A stretch of DNA of 63,351 nt, the filler included, from an uncultured Chlamydiae bacterium (GTDB taxonomy: Bacteria; Chlamydiota; Chlamydiia; Chlamydiales; SM23-39): the NCBI GenBank assembly GCA_937899275.1. It is 8 parts of 8 records of this genome, joined end to end, with 100 filler letters (N's around TTAATTAATTAA, not from the genome) between each part and the next. Parts side by side here need not be neighbours in the genome. Positions count along the whole stretch, not along the records: positions 36,586 to 56,890 come from CALBPE010000034.1; positions 56,991 to 61,941 come from CALBPE010000035.1; 6 more parts are not named here. The stretch is one strand, 5' to 3'. How positions within the stretch are numbered: position 1 is the stretch's first letter; each line of letters starts with the position of its first letter. Made by a program: the position numbers and the translations under genes. Of this stretch, positions 47,629 through 58,235 are shown one piece after another. The notes under the pieces are model-generated. The model searched no databases, had not been told where the DNA came from, and saw only the letters and a list, made by a program, of their open reading frames with translations.

Positions 47629-50346
47629 ATGGCTAATTCTAACGATCCTCAGCCTAAAAAAGGCATTCCAGGGGGCTTTCTTGTCTTCATTTTTGCAGTG
47701 ATCTTGTTGATCTTGACATTGCAAAGCGTATCGACCGGGAAAAATGGCCGCGTCGCATTTAGCCATCAGCTAGAGCATTTGGAAAATCTACACCTAGTCG
47801 ATCGAGATCAAAATCGCAAGGTGGCTGTAAATGATAATTTAGTCACATTTTCTGGAAGGTTTTTAGATTCTGTAACAGAAGAGGGGGAAAATCGCTACCA
47901 GTACCTTAAATTGCTCAATGAACAAAAGCAGCTTTCGTTAGAAAAAAGCGAGCTCAATACCTCTTTAGATAATTTGCAGGCAAGGGTTGTTGCTGCAGCG
48001 AATTATTTTTTAGCTATTTCTGCCGATCCCGTGCCTAAAAGTGGTTATGTAGTAATAGACAGAAGCTTTGATACAAAAGACCGGATGAACTCTGTGATTA
48101 TTGAAAAAGCGCCTTCTTTAAATCAGGTCAATTTACAAGAATTAGAAACAGAATACCGGACAATTTCTAGTTCAGTAGGCCTTGCTTCTTTAAAAGAAAA
48201 TCTACTTACCTTGATCCAACTATACCAGTCTCCTTCTTTAGGATTAGGCTCTTCTTCTTTAAAAAAAGAGCTTAGTGAATTGAAGTTACAAACAGAAAAC
48301 ATCAGCACAAGCTTTTCTTCTATGAATCCATTAGGAGAGGCGCTACGCCGCTTACGAAAGGTGAGCGATACCATTGGCGCTAAAAAAAGCGGCATTAGAC
48401 TACAAGCGCTTAGATCAGTCCGTTTGTATGAGGAAAACGTAGCTGAGTACACTGTGATTGCAAAAGAGCTGCAAGATAAAGCCCCTATGCTTAAAAAAGC
48501 GCGTGCAAAAGTTGCAAATGTCATCTGGTTTTTTAACAACAAGGAAGTAACCACAAATACGTTGGAAAAGCAAGATTATGAATCTTTCAGCCAGTGGTTT
48601 TCTCAAGCGCAATCGGAATGGCAAAACTTTAGCCAAAATAAAGGACTCTTCTTTACCGCCCCTGATCAGCCTTTAAATACTGTTCTTCAAAAGCGGTACA
48701 AAAGTGAGGAGCCTTCTCCAAATTATCTTAGCTATATCTTCACCTTTTTGCCGGCAATTATTGTGGTGCTCCTCTTATTTTTTATTTTTTCGCGTCAGAT
48801 GAAAGGTATGGGCTCCACTGCCATGAATTTTGGCAAATCTCCTGCAAAACTTTTGACCAAAGAAGCGAATAAAATCACTTTTAAAGACGTAGCAGGAGCA
48901 GAAGAGTCTAAAGAAGAGCTTCAAGAAATTGTGGAGTTTTTAAAGGACCCTGCAAAATTTACCGCCTTAGGCGCAAAAATCCCGAAAGGGGTTCTTTTGG
49001 TAGGTCCTCCAGGCACGGGTAAAACACTGATTGCAAAAGCTGTAGCAGGAGAGGCAAATCGCCCTTTCTTCTCTATTTCTGGCTCAGATTTTGTTGAGAT
49101 GTTTGTCGGTGTTGGCGCAAGCCGTATTCGGGATATGTTCGATCAGGCAAAGAAAAATTCTCCCTGCATTATTTTTATGGATGAAATCGATGCGGTAGGA
49201 CGCCACCGAGGTGCAGGTATCGGCGGGGGACATGATGAAAGAGAGCAAACGCTCAACCAGCTGTTAGTCGAAATGGACGGATTTGATACCCGCGAAGGGG
49301 TGATACTCATAGCGGCAACGAATAGACCTGATATTTTAGATAAAGCTTTACTAAGACCAGGAAGATTTGACCGGCGCGTTGTACTCGATTTACCGGATGT
49401 CAAAGGCCGCCATGAAATTTTAAAAGTGCACGCGAGAAAAATTAAGATCGATTCTTCTGTTCGCTTAATAGATATCGCAAAAAAAACGCCGGGCTCTTCT
49501 GGCGCTGACTTAGAAAATATATTAAATGAAGCAGCCCTTTTGGCAGCAAGAAAAGGCAGATCTGCTGTGACTCCTGCAGAAACAAGAGAAGCCTGTGATA
49601 AGGTGCGTTTTGGTAAAGAGCGGAAAAGCTTAGAAATGGATGAATCGGAAAAAAAGACAACAGCCTACCATGAGTCTGGTCACGCAGTTGTTGGCCTTAA
49701 AGTAGAACACTACGATCCTATCGATAAAGTGACGATTATTCCCCGAGGAAGCTCTTTAGGCTCTACTCATTTTATGCCAAAGAAAAACCGCTTGGGTTAT
49801 TGGAAAAAAGAAGTGATCGATATGTTAGCTGTTCTTATGGGTGGACGGGCTGCAGAAAATCTATTTGTCCATGATCAATCTTCTGGTGCAAGGCAAGATA
49901 TTGCCCATGCGACATCCCTTGCTCGTAGCATGGTATGCGAATGGGGTATGAGCGATGATTTAGGCTTAGTTTCTTATGATGAGCGCTCCGAATCGGGCAA
50001 GTATTTAGGTATGTCCAATACAGTGGAAAAAACCTATTCTGATGAGACAGCTAAAAAAATCGATGAAGAAATCCATACGATTGTACAATCTGCATATGAT
50101 AGAGCCTACGCTATTATCGAAGAAAATAAAGATAAGGTAGAGCTTATGACAGCGATGCTCATGGAATTTGAGACATTAGATGCAGAAGATGTCAAAGCGA
50201 TTATGGACGGCTCTTGGAGTGAAGAGAAAAAACGGCAGCGCCTAAAAGACTTAGATGAGCTACAAAAAGTTACGCCTCCTCCAAAACCACCTAAAATAGA
50301 GCCTACTTCAGATGTTTCTGCTGATCCTCAGCCAGGTCCAGCTTAA
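47629..50346 (+). CDS. ftsH: ATP-dependent zinc metalloprotease FtsH
   Basis: [16 protein letters not shown], second region of homology, HESGH; long chlamydial-type N-terminal domain. Confidence 0.98.
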   Translation: MANSNDPQPKKGIPGGFLVFIFAVILLILTLQSVSTGKNGRVAFSHQLEHLENLHLVDRDQNRKVAVNDNLVTFSGRFLDSVTEEGENRYQYLKLLNEQKQLSLEKSELNTSLDNLQARVVAAANYFLAISADPVPKSGYVVIDRSFDTKDRMNSVIIEKAPSLNQVNLQELETEYRTISSSVGLASLKENLLTLIQLYQSPSLGLGSSSLKKELSELKLQTENISTSFSSMNPLGEALRRLRKVSDTIGAKKSGIRLQALRSVRLYEENVAEYTVIAKELQDKAPMLKKARAKVANVIWFFNNKEVTTNTLEKQDYESFSQWFSQAQSEWQNFSQNKGLFFTAPDQPLNTVLQKRYKSEEPSPNYLSYIFTFLPAIIVVLLLFFIFSRQMKGMGSTAMNFGKSPAKLLTKEANKITFKDVAGAEESKEELQEIVEFLKDPAKFTALGAKIPKGVLLVGPPGTGKTLIAKAVAGEANRPFFSISGSDFVEMFVGVGASRIRDMFDQAKKNSPCIIFMDEIDAVGRHRGAGIGGGHDEREQTLNQLLVEMDGFDTREGVILIAATNRPDILDKALLRPGRFDRRVVLDLPDVKGRHEILKVHARKIKIDSSVRLIDIAKKTPGSSGADLENILNEAALLAARKGRSAVTPAETREACDKVRFGKERKSLEMDESEKKTTAYHESGHAVVGLKVEHYDPIDKVTIIPRGSSLGSTHFMPKKNRLGYWKKEVIDMLAVLMGGRAAENLFVHDQSSGARQDIAHATSLARSMVCEWGMSDDLGLVSYDERSESGKYLGMSNTVEKTYSDETAKKIDEEIHTIVQSAYDRAYAIIEENKDKVELMTAMLMEFETLDAEDVKAIMDGSWSEEKKRQRLKDLDELQKVTPPPKPPKIEPTSDVSADPQPGPA

Positions 50347-50376
50347 CTCTAGATAGTCGTATTATAGATATACTAG

Positions 50377-50408
50377 GCAGTATCAAAGAAATTTGATGCT
50401 GCTTTCTT
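50377..50408 (+). terminator. putative intrinsic terminator of ftsH
   Basis: GCAGTATCAAA-GAAA-TTTGATGCTGC stem (one G-U) followed by TTTCTT. Confidence 0.6.
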
Positions 50409-50597
50409 ATAGTGAAAATGCCGCAAAATCTTCTATTTGAAAGCGCGCTTTAAATAGCTGCGTTCTATTTTTTTTAAAAAGATGTAGTAAATAGGTGCTC
50501 TTTCTTTTGATGCTCTACAAAATCTCTGCGGAAAACAGATGTGATCTAGAAGCTGTCTGGTGGAAGCTGTTTGGTGTATGACGGTTATATAGAATGC

Positions 50598-50620
50598 GGC
50601 GGGAATGGATCATTCCCGCC
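50598..50620 (-). terminator. GC-rich hairpin just after the pnp stop
   Basis: Perfect 10-bp stem GGCGGGAATG-GAT-CATTCCCGCC; weak U-tract. Confidence 0.55.
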
Positions 50621-50628
50621 AGAAGGTA

Positions 50629-52737
50629 TTACGCTTTTTGTTCTTCGTTTTTTGGTAAAAGCGCTTTATGACTCAGCTTAATTTTGCCGCGGTCATCAAC
50701 ATCTAGTACTTTGACTTCAATCGCATCGCCTTCTTTATATAAGTCAGCGAGGTTATTGATCCGAGAGTGAGAAATCTCTGAAATATGGCATAAGCCTTCT
50801 TTCCCTGGAAGAATTTCTACAAATAGACCAAAAGCTACAATAGAAGTGACTTTACCTGCGTAGATCTTACCTACTTCTGCTTCTGCGGTTAAACCAAAGA
50901 TGATATCTTTAGCTTTTTGTATCCCTTCTTGATTAGTGGAAGAGATAAAGACCGTTCCAGAATCATCTACGATATTGATTTCTACACCTGTTTCTTCGAT
51001 GATCGCCCGAATTTGTTTTCCACCGGGACCAATCACCACGCCAATTTTACTAGGATTGATTTGCATTTTTTCAATACGAGGAGCGTGCTGAGAAAGATCA
51101 GATTTAGACTCTGGTAGAGCTTTGAGCATTTCTTGTAAGATATGTATCCGCCCTTTTTTTGCTTGCTCAAGAGCGCGCTTCATGATCTCTTTAGTAATGC
51201 CTTCCACTTTGATATCCATTTGAAATGCTGTGACGCCTTCTGCGTCTCCTGTGACTTTAAAGTCCATATCGCCAAGGAAGTCTTCTGTTCCTAAGATATC
51301 AGATAAAATAGCGCTTTGATCTTTTTCTAAAATCAGTCCCATAGCAATTCCAGATATAGGTCTTTTAATCGGGACAGCTGCATCCATAAGAGCAATGCAT
51401 CCACCGCAAACAGAAGCCATAGATGAAGATCCATTGGATTCTGTGATGTTGGACTCTACGCGGAGTACGTAGGGGAATTCTTCTTGAGAGGGCAGAGTGC
51501 TTGCAAGCGCTCTTTCGGCGAGCTTACCGTGGCCTACCTCTCTTCTACTAGCAGGACCTACTCTACCTACTTCGCCTACAGAAAATGGAGGAAAGGAGTA
51601 TTGTAAGTAAAAACGCTGCGCGCCTTCGCCTTGTAGATTTTCAAATTTTTGCGCCATGGTCTCCCCACCTAATGTACAAGTGGCAATAGCTTGCGTTTCT
51701 CCTCGTGTGAAAAGAGCGCTTCCATGCACTCGGGGGAAAATGCCATGCTCTACATCAATAGGACGGATCTCGTCGGTTTTTCTTCCATCGATACGGACAC
51801 CTTTTTCTAAAATCATATTTCTCATGAGCTGAGAAGAGAGTTTTTTAAATGCAATTTTTACATCTCTTGAGTTGAAACGCGCGTTTTCTTCACCGCAAAG
51901 AGCGTTCATAACAATGGTTTGCGCCTTTCCAAGTAGATCTGCTCTATTTTGCTTGCCTTCAACTGTTAGCGCTTCTTCTAAAAGGTCTTTAGCAATTTTT
52001 TCCACTTCATACACTACTTCTTGCGGCACGGGTCTTAAAGCGGCTCGGTTTTTCTCTTTGCCGATTGCTTTTTGCCATTTGAGAAGCGCATCACAAATAC
52101 TTTGAATTGCGACATGTCCAAAGTCGATTGCTTGTAATAGCTCTTCTTCTGGTAGAAAGTCGCAGTACCCTTCGATCATTAAAATAGCATCATTTGTTCC
52201 TGCAAGGACAAGGTCTAAAGAAGACTCTTGCATTTCTGCTTCTGTAGGATTGATCACAAAAGAGCCGTTGATTTTTCCTACGCGTACAGCGCCAACTGGT
52301 TTGATTAACGGAATCTCTGAAAGGGTTAAAGCAGCAGATGCAGCGCATATGGCAAGTACATCGGGTTTATTTTTCCCGTCGTATGAATATACATAAGACA
52401 GAATTTGCGTATCGTTGTAATAGCCATCTTCAAATAAAGGACGAATCGGCCTGTCGATTTGTCTACAGACTAGAGTTTCTCTTTCTGTTGGCCGTCCCTC
52501 TCGCTTGATCCAACCGCTAAGGGTTTTTCCTGCAGAGGAAAATTTTTCTTGGTAATCTACGCGAAGAGGTAAAAAGTCGATGTCTTCCATCGGCTCTTTT
52601 GCCGCGCATGCAACAGCTAAAACGGTTGTTTCTTCTAAATGGATTAAAACAGATCCACCAGCTTGACGGGCAATTTTTCCCGTTTCAAAAACAAGCTTTT
52701 TGCCATGAATAAGAACTTCAATGTATTCTCGTTTCAT
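50629..52737 (-). CDS. pnp: polyribonucleotide nucleotidyltransferase
   Basis: FETGKIARQA, HGSALFTRGETQ, ESNGSSSMAS, GDMDFKV, KH and S1 domains. Confidence 0.98.
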   Translation of the reverse strand: MKREYIEVLIHGKKLVFETGKIARQAGGSVLIHLEETTVLAVACAAKEPMEDIDFLPLRVDYQEKFSSAGKTLSGWIKREGRPTERETLVCRQIDRPIRPLFEDGYYNDTQILSYVYSYDGKNKPDVLAICAASAALTLSEIPLIKPVGAVRVGKINGSFVINPTEAEMQESSLDLVLAGTNDAILMIEGYCDFLPEEELLQAIDFGHVAIQSICDALLKWQKAIGKEKNRAALRPVPQEVVYEVEKIAKDLLEEALTVEGKQNRADLLGKAQTIVMNALCGEENARFNSRDVKIAFKKLSSQLMRNMILEKGVRIDGRKTDEIRPIDVEHGIFPRVHGSALFTRGETQAIATCTLGGETMAQKFENLQGEGAQRFYLQYSFPPFSVGEVGRVGPASRREVGHGKLAERALASTLPSQEEFPYVLRVESNITESNGSSSMASVCGGCIALMDAAVPIKRPISGIAMGLILEKDQSAILSDILGTEDFLGDMDFKVTGDAEGVTAFQMDIKVEGITKEIMKRALEQAKKGRIHILQEMLKALPESKSDLSQHAPRIEKMQINPSKIGVVIGPGGKQIRAIIEETGVEINIVDDSGTVFISSTNQEGIQKAKDIIFGLTAEAEVGKIYAGKVTSIVAFGLFVEILPGKEGLCHISEISHSRINNLADLYKEGDAIEVKVLDVDDRGKIKLSHKALLPKNEEQKA

Positions 52738-52766
52738 AATTTCTCCTTAAGGTGTATAAAATAGAA

Positions 52767-52824
52767 GAAAGAATAGAGGCCAAAGATAAATACCGAGTAT
52801 CTTACCTTTGGCTTCTATTCTTTC
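52767..52824 (-). promoter_or_regulatory. long stem-loop in the rpsO-pnp intergenic region (candidate RNase III site or terminator)
   Basis: Arms GAAAGAATAGAGGCCAAAG / CTTTGGCTTCTATTCTTTC (18 of 19 complementary) plus an inner stem. Confidence 0.65.
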
Positions 52825-52867
52825 AAATTTCACGTGATGATTGATAGTGTGCTGAATCGAGATAGGC

Positions 52868-53137
52868 TTATTTTCTGAGATTCAGGCGCGTAATTAAATT
52901 TTGATAACGCTTTGTATCTGTAGAATTCAGATAGTCTAATAGCCTTCTACGCTGACCAACTAGCTTAAGAAGAGCGAGTCTAGAGCTGTGGTCTTTAGGA
53001 GAAAGTTTTAGATGCTCTGTAAGCTCAGCAATTCTTTCGGTTAAAATAGCGATTTGCACGTCAGCAGACCCGGTGTCTTTTTCGTGCAATTGGAATTTTT
53101 TTGTTAATTCTTCTTTCGTGCCTTTATCTAGCGACAT
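52868..53137 (-). CDS. rpsO: 30S ribosomal protein S15
   Basis: [16 protein letters not shown]...KDHSSR...[12 protein letters not shown]. Confidence 0.98.
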   Translation of the reverse strand: MSLDKGTKEELTKKFQLHEKDTGSADVQIAILTERIAELTEHLKLSPKDHSSRLALLKLVGQRRRLLDYLNSTDTKRYQNLITRLNLRK

Positions 53138-53191
53138 GGAAAATCTTTCTCCCTAAAATAGCGGTTGCGAGGTATATAATTTATACATATC

Positions 53192-53220
53192 ATTTTAGAG
53201 CATAGCTTGATATAAATCAA
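53192..53220 (-). promoter_or_regulatory. putative sigma66 promoter of rpsO
   Basis: TTGATT-17 nt-TAAAAT on the minus strand. Confidence 0.55.
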
Positions 53221-53279
53221 GAAATCCCGAGATTTCTGTTTTCCAAGCGTGAAACGCATTTTTTTCAAAAAGATTTTTT

Positions 53280-53759
53280 ATGTTAGAAAAAGATATTTTT
53301 TACATGAAGCAAGCTTTAGCTGAGGCAAAAAAAGCTTACGCTAAAGACGAAGTTCCCGTTGGAGCTGTGATGGTGTTAGATGATCGTATTGTGGCTAAAG
53401 GCTACAATCAGGTTGAGCTTTTGCAAGATGCAACGGCGCACGCAGAAATGCTTGCTTTGAGCACTTGTGCAGATTTTGTAGAAAACTGGCGTTTAATTGA
53501 TGCAACTATATACACAACTTTAGAGCCCTGCGTCATGTGTGCAGGTGCGATTATTCAATGTAGGGTAAAGCGCGTTGTATGGGGAGCAAAAGATATTCGT
53601 TTAGGAGCAAACGGTAGTTTTGTCGATCTTTTTGCTAAGAAACATCCCATTCATCAGGTAGAAATTGTAGGCGGCGTTCTTGAGGCAGAGTCGGCAGATT
53701 TACTTCGCGCATTTTTCCAAAAAAAGCGGAAAGAAAAAAAGGGCCTTGAGCTGAATTAA
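53280..53759 (+). CDS. tadA: tRNA adenosine(34) deaminase
   Basis: EVPVGAV, HAE, TLEPCVMC, FFQKKR. Confidence 0.95.
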   Translation: MLEKDIFYMKQALAEAKKAYAKDEVPVGAVMVLDDRIVAKGYNQVELLQDATAHAEMLALSTCADFVENWRLIDATIYTTLEPCVMCAGAIIQCRVKRVVWGAKDIRLGANGSFVDLFAKKHPIHQVEIVGGVLEAESADLLRAFFQKKRKEKKGLELN

Positions 53760-54628
53760 GAGCGTTTCTTGGAGATCTCGTCCATCTTTTTGATCTCTTC
53801 TTTTGTTAAGCTCTCTTTTCCTTTTGTGGCGATTTTTTCCAGCATAGCGTCCATAAAAGCCTCTTCCTCGGAAATCGGTTTTCCGGTTTTAAAATCGTAA
53901 ACAGCTCCTTTTTTTCGCTTCACTCGTTTCCATTGAAAATCTTGGAGAAAGCATTCAAAAGAGCGTAAATAACGAAAAGGGCTTCTGCCTTGATAATACC
54001 GAATAGCGTACATGTATCCATAAACACCTGCTACTAGATAAGCTACAAAATGGGTCATGTGCCCGTCTAAAAGCGATAAGAAAAGATTGATGCCCCATAC
54101 ACTTAATATCGCTAATGTAACGCTCAACGGAATGGTAAAAAACACATAGATTTTTGCATAAGGGTTCAACAGCATCCAAGCGATCAGTATCGTATACAAA
54201 GCGCTATGCGCTCCCATAAGCGGCACAAAAGATCCGGTAAGGTACATGGCGCATGCTGTCAAAAGGCCTGTAACAATAATGCCTGAAAAAAAAAGGCGTA
54301 AAAAAGAGGTTTCTCCTCTAGATTGCGCTAAAGAAGAGCCGAAGACCCAAGTGATGTAGAGTTTAAAACCTAAGTCGATTAAGTAATTAAAAGATACAGA
54401 ACCTAACACAGGCTGCGTAAAAGGGTAGGTGATCAGTTGCCAAAGATACCCTTTAGCCAACGCACTTTGGCTCAAGGAAAATACAGGCAGTAAATAAGAA
54501 AAAGAAAACAGAGGAAAAATCTTGCTACAGATGATCCAAAACATGCTGCTTGCCAGCATCAAAAGCAAGATCCACCGAATAGATGCAGGGGTTTTCTCAG
54601 GACTTCCTTGAAATGTTTCCGTATACAT
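53756..54628 (-). CDS. rhomboid-family membrane protein (catalytic dyad apparently missing)
   Basis: GYLWQLITYPF, FGSSL, multiple TMs; C-terminal DAMLEKIATKGKESLTKEE domain. Confidence 0.75.
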   Translation of the reverse strand: MYTETFQGSPEKTPASIRWILLLMLASSMFWIICSKIFPLFSFSYLLPVFSLSQSALAKGYLWQLITYPFTQPVLGSVSFNYLIDLGFKLYITWVFGSSLAQSRGETSFLRLFFSGIIVTGLLTACAMYLTGSFVPLMGAHSALYTILIAWMLLNPYAKIYVFFTIPLSVTLAILSVWGINLFLSLLDGHMTHFVAYLVAGVYGYMYAIRYYQGRSPFRYLRSFECFLQDFQWKRVKRKKGAVYDFKTGKPISEEEAFMDAMLEKIATKGKESLTKEEIKKMDEISKKRS

Positions 54629-54771
54629 AGTCTTTCATCATAAAGGGGGCGGGTTTTCCTTTCCAGAATTGTTTTTATCATCTTTTTTTGTGGGATTCTA
54701 AAATCTATTTGCTAAATAACCGCCCGTAGGATCGAAATGATGCATTAAATAATTTACAAAGGTAATTTTTT

Positions 54772-55095
54772 ATGACAAATATAATACCGAAAACAATAGC
54801 GGAATTTAATACAGATTCAAACTTGACTAGCCCGCTTACATCTCGAAGGGGCTCTTTTATAGATCCAAAAGAAGCGTCTGCTATAAAAAAGAGAGTTAGT
54901 GGTTTAGCATCCCAGCACGAGAACGGCGGGTTGATCCGTTTCTCTTCAAGTATTTCTCCTACAAGCGGCACTACCACACGAAAAAAGACTAAAGGTACGA
55001 ATCTGAAAGCCAAATCTCTTTTGACAAGGGCATGTAACCTTCTAGCTCGTTATGCGGCTTTGTTCATCAGATCGCATCTGTCTATTTTTCGTTAA
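54772..55095 (+). CDS. hypothetical protein
   Basis: 107-aa S/T/K-rich ORF with AAGG upstream. Confidence 0.5.
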   Translation: MTNIIPKTIAEFNTDSNLTSPLTSRRGSFIDPKEASAIKKRVSGLASQHENGGLIRFSSSISPTSGTTTRKKTKGTNLKAKSLLTRACNLLARYAALFIRSHLSIFR

Positions 55096-55171
55096 AGTTT
55101 TTTCTGACGTATTCTAGCTGAGAATCTAGAAAACTAGACGAAACAAGGCTTTTCTTCAAAAGGGAAAAGTC

Positions 55172-55200
55172 TTGTTTTTTTTTCAGAGAAAAAATAGAAT
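55172..55200 (+). promoter_or_regulatory. putative sigma66 promoter of rpmE-prfA-prmC
   Basis: TTGTTT-17 nt-TAGAAT. Confidence 0.55.
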
Positions 55201-55240
55201 TTACCTATAAAAGATTTCGTAAAGTAAAAGGTTTTTCACA

Positions 55241-55561
55241 ATGAAACAGTCTAAACACCCTCCTTATCAAGATATTCTTTTTGTAGATTCATCTACCGGG
55301 GAGAAATTTGTTATTGGCAGCACTATGCAGCCTACAGAAACTGCGGAACACGAGGGGAAAACATACCCTACCGTCCGATTGGCAGTTTCTTCTGCTTCCC
55401 ACCCATTTTTCACAGGTAGCGAGAAATTCATCGACTCTGAAGGAAGAGTCAGTCGATTTGCAAAACGTTATCAGAAAAAACGTGAGCAAGAAAAACGGGA
55501 CCAAGAGCAAAGAGAAAAGCTCGAAAAAGAAGCTTCTCTTAAGAAAAAGAAAAAGTCATGA
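55241..55561 (+). CDS. rpmE: 50S ribosomal protein L31 type B
   Basis: [29 protein letters not shown]; no Cys. Confidence 0.95.
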   Translation: MKQSKHPPYQDILFVDSSTGEKFVIGSTMQPTETAEHEGKTYPTVRLAVSSASHPFFTGSEKFIDSEGRVSRFAKRYQKKREQEKRDQEQREKLEKEASLKKKKKS

Positions 55562-56622
55562 AGGAAAAAGTTCGCCGCCTCTTAGCCAGGCTAGAAGAGG
55601 TGGAGGAGCTATTAGGTAAACCTGAGACTTTATCTGATCAAGAATCCTACCGCAAGCTTACGCAAGAACACTCTTATTTAACCCAGTTAAAGCAAGCTTT
55701 TGCTACTTGGGAAAGCCTTTCCAAGCAGCTTTCTGATAACCGTTCTATTTTAGAGCAGGAAACAGATGAAGAAATGCTAAGCTTGGTCAAAGAAGATATC
55801 CAATCTTTAGAAAAATCCCTTCCACAAGCCCAGTCAGAATTAGAAGCGCTTTTAGTTCCTCCTAATCCCAATGACGATCGGAATACGATTGTAGAAATAC
55901 GAGCGGGCACAGGGGGAGATGAAGCTGCTATTTTCGTGGGCGACTGCGCGCGTATGTACAAGAACTTTGCCGCAGAAAAAAAATGGGCCTTTGAAACACT
56001 TTCTGCTACTGTTTCTGACGCAGGAGGCTTCAAAGAATACGTTTTTGTAGTTTCTGGTAAAGGCGTTTTTCGCCAGATGCAATATGAAGCGGGAACTCAC
56101 CGCGTGCAAAGGGTGCCTGTTACAGAAACGCAGGGTAGAGTGCACACCTCTGCAATTACTGTAGCTGTTCTTATGGAACCTTCAGAAGAGGAAAAGATTT
56201 CTATCCAAGATGCCGATCTTAGGATAGAAACGTACCGAGCTTCTGGAGCGGGAGGTCAGCATGTCAACGTCACTGATTCTGCGGTTCGTATTACGCACAT
56301 CCCTACAGGTACTGTGGTTTGCTGCCAAGACGAGCGCTCGCAGCATAAAAATAAAGACAAAGCTATGCGGATTTTATCCGCAAAAATCCGCGAAAAAATG
56401 CGCGCAGAAGAAGAAAAGAAAATTGCAGATCTTCGCGCATCTCAAGTAGGGTCTGGCGACCGATCAGAACGGATCAGAACATACAATTTTCCTCAAAATC
56501 GATTGACAGATCACCGGATTGGTTTTACTGCCTACAATCTAGATGCGGTGATCGCAGGGTATCTCGATGAGATCACCAACGCTCTTGTATCTCATTTTTA
56601 TCAACAGCAACTTTCTGGTTAA
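55558..56622 (+). CDS. prfA: peptide chain release factor 1
   Basis: PVT specificity motif, [20 protein letters not shown]. Confidence 0.98.
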   Translation: MKEKVRRLLARLEEVEELLGKPETLSDQESYRKLTQEHSYLTQLKQAFATWESLSKQLSDNRSILEQETDEEMLSLVKEDIQSLEKSLPQAQSELEALLVPPNPNDDRNTIVEIRAGTGGDEAAIFVGDCARMYKNFAAEKKWAFETLSATVSDAGGFKEYVFVVSGKGVFRQMQYEAGTHRVQRVPVTETQGRVHTSAITVAVLMEPSEEEKISIQDADLRIETYRASGAGGQHVNVTDSAVRITHIPTGTVVCCQDERSQHKNKDKAMRILSAKIREKMRAEEEKKIADLRASQVGSGDRSERIRTYNFPQNRLTDHRIGFTAYNLDAVIAGYLDEITNALVSHFYQQQLSG

Positions 56623-56890
56623 TGATGTTAACCGTTCGTGAAGCCTTGGCAAAAGGAGAGGCTTTTTTGCGCAGCAAAGAGGTGAGCTCTCCTAGAAGAT
56701 CGATGGAAGATCTGCTTGCCTGGACTCTTTCTTGTAGCCGTCTTGATCTTTACATGAATATCGACCAACCTATAGAAGAAAAAGAGCGCCTTGCTTTGAG
56801 AAGTTCTTTAAAGGAGTTGGCAAATCATGTTCCTTTTGCCTATATCTCCCGAAAAGAAGTGTTTTACGGTCTTTCTCTATTGATTACAGA
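56622..56890 (+). CDS. prmC: release factor glutamine methyltransferase, 5' part
   Basis: Follows prfA; PrmC N-terminal domain pattern (SRLDLY...PFAYI...FYG). Confidence 0.85.
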
Positions 56891-56990
56891 NNNNNNNNNN
56901 NNNNNNNNNNNNNNNNNNNNNNNNNNNNNNNNNNTTAATTAATTAANNNNNNNNNNNNNNNNNNNNNNNNNNNNNNNNNNNNNNNNNNNN
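56891..56990. other. artificial contig linker
   Basis: N run with TTAATTAATTAA. Confidence 0.99.
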
Positions 56991-57456
56991 CTCCATTTTA
57001 TCTCTAGAGGAGGTAGACACAAGTTTTCATGCGCGCTATAGCGCGGTAGGTAAGGTCTATGAGTACCGCGTACAAATTGCGCCTGTATACGACCCTAGTC
57101 TTAGGCTGTATACCCATCATATTCTTGATTTTAATCAGGCTCTTTTTGAAGAAAAAACAGGCGTTCTTATTGGAAAGCATAATTTCCAAAGCTTTGTAAA
57201 TGCAGGTAGCCAAGAAAAAAACCCTTATAAAGAAATCCGCGCAATTACCATGCATCCAAAAGACTATGGAGCTGTATTTCGATTTGAGGCAGATGGCTTT
57301 TTATACAAGATGGTCAGAAATCTTATGGGAGCCCTTCTCGACTCCAAAATCACAAAAAAGGTGCTGCAAAATATCTTAAACGGAAAAGACAGAAAAAAAC
57401 TAGGAAAACCCGCGCCTGCTAAAGGCCTTTTTCTAGTCGATGTACACTACCCGTAG
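56991..57456 (+). CDS. truA: tRNA pseudouridine(38-40) synthase, 3' part
   Basis: FHARYSAVGKVYEY, GKHNFQSF, GFLYKMVRNLMG, APAKGLFL. Confidence 0.95.
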
Positions 57457-58144
57457 AAAAGCCCTCTACCTGCTGTTTTGTCAGCTGGTCTAATCTTGGT
57501 GTATACGCTTTAGCATACTGCCTAGCTTCATCTAACAAAGGGTATAAAGGATCTACTACTAAAACGGGATAAGCCTTTGTTTGACTTACCGCCTGAATCC
57601 CACGAAGGCTATCTTCAAATCCAACAACTTTTGCATTTGCACCAGGTGCAAAACGGCTGATGGCAAGCTCATAGCATGTAGGAGAGGGTTTAGGATCGCT
57701 GTAATCTTCTCTTGCAATCGTATGCTGTACACTTTGCAGTAAAGGAATACTTTTCTGGATATTTTCTACATGAGATCTTGGAGAATTTGTAACAATAACA
57801 GATGCAGCCTGTTTTTTTTGTAGATACTCTAAAGTGGGTTGTATTCCAGGAACAAGCTCTACTGTTGCCATTTCTAATAGCTGATAGTAGCGCCGCTTTT
57901 TTTCATTATAAAACTCCTGCCAATCAAGGCGCTGCCATAAGGGAGACTTAGAAGAGAAAAAAGCAGATTGAATGGCCTTTGAAGAGATATGGGCAAAAGA
58001 GAGAAATTCTTGAAAACTCCAGGGAAAAGGGTGGTTAAAGCGCTCTGCAGTTTCTAAATAAGCGCGGTAGTGAACGGGCTCTGTATCCACAAGAAGACCA
58101 TCAAAATCAAATAAAAACACATCAAAACAATCGATCCAATCCAT
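57419..58144 (-). CDS. HAD family phosphatase
   Basis: FDFDGLLVDTE, VTNS, KPSP, FEDS; start moved to MDWID. Confidence 0.92.
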   Translation of the reverse strand: MDWIDCFDVFLFDFDGLLVDTEPVHYRAYLETAERFNHPFPWSFQEFLSFAHISSKAIQSAFFSSKSPLWQRLDWQEFYNEKKRRYYQLLEMATVELVPGIQPTLEYLQKKQAASVIVTNSPRSHVENIQKSIPLLQSVQHTIAREDYSDPKPSPTCYELAISRFAPGANAKVVGFEDSLRGIQAVSQTKAYPVLVVDPLYPLLDEARQYAKAYTPRLDQLTKQQVEGFSTGSVHRLEKGL

Positions 58145-58185
58145 CAAATCCACCTTATTACTCAATTTACAGAGGGAAGAGATAA

Positions 58186-58222
58186 AAAAAAAGACAAAAA
58201 GGCTAGCTCGACAAGCTAGCCT
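58186..58222 (-). terminator. intrinsic terminator after 58236..59195
   Basis: AGGCTAGCT/AGCTAGCCT 9-bp stem followed by a long T-tract on the minus strand. Confidence 0.75.
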
Positions 58223-58235
58223 CAAGCAAAAACAG

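Noticed and set aside
47629..48720. Long N-terminal extension of FtsH as a novel fusion
   Set aside because: FtsH of about 900 aa with a large periplasmic domain is normal for chlamydiae.
55470..55561. Charged, Lys-rich tail on L31
   Set aside because: Chlamydial type B L31 proteins commonly have such extensions.
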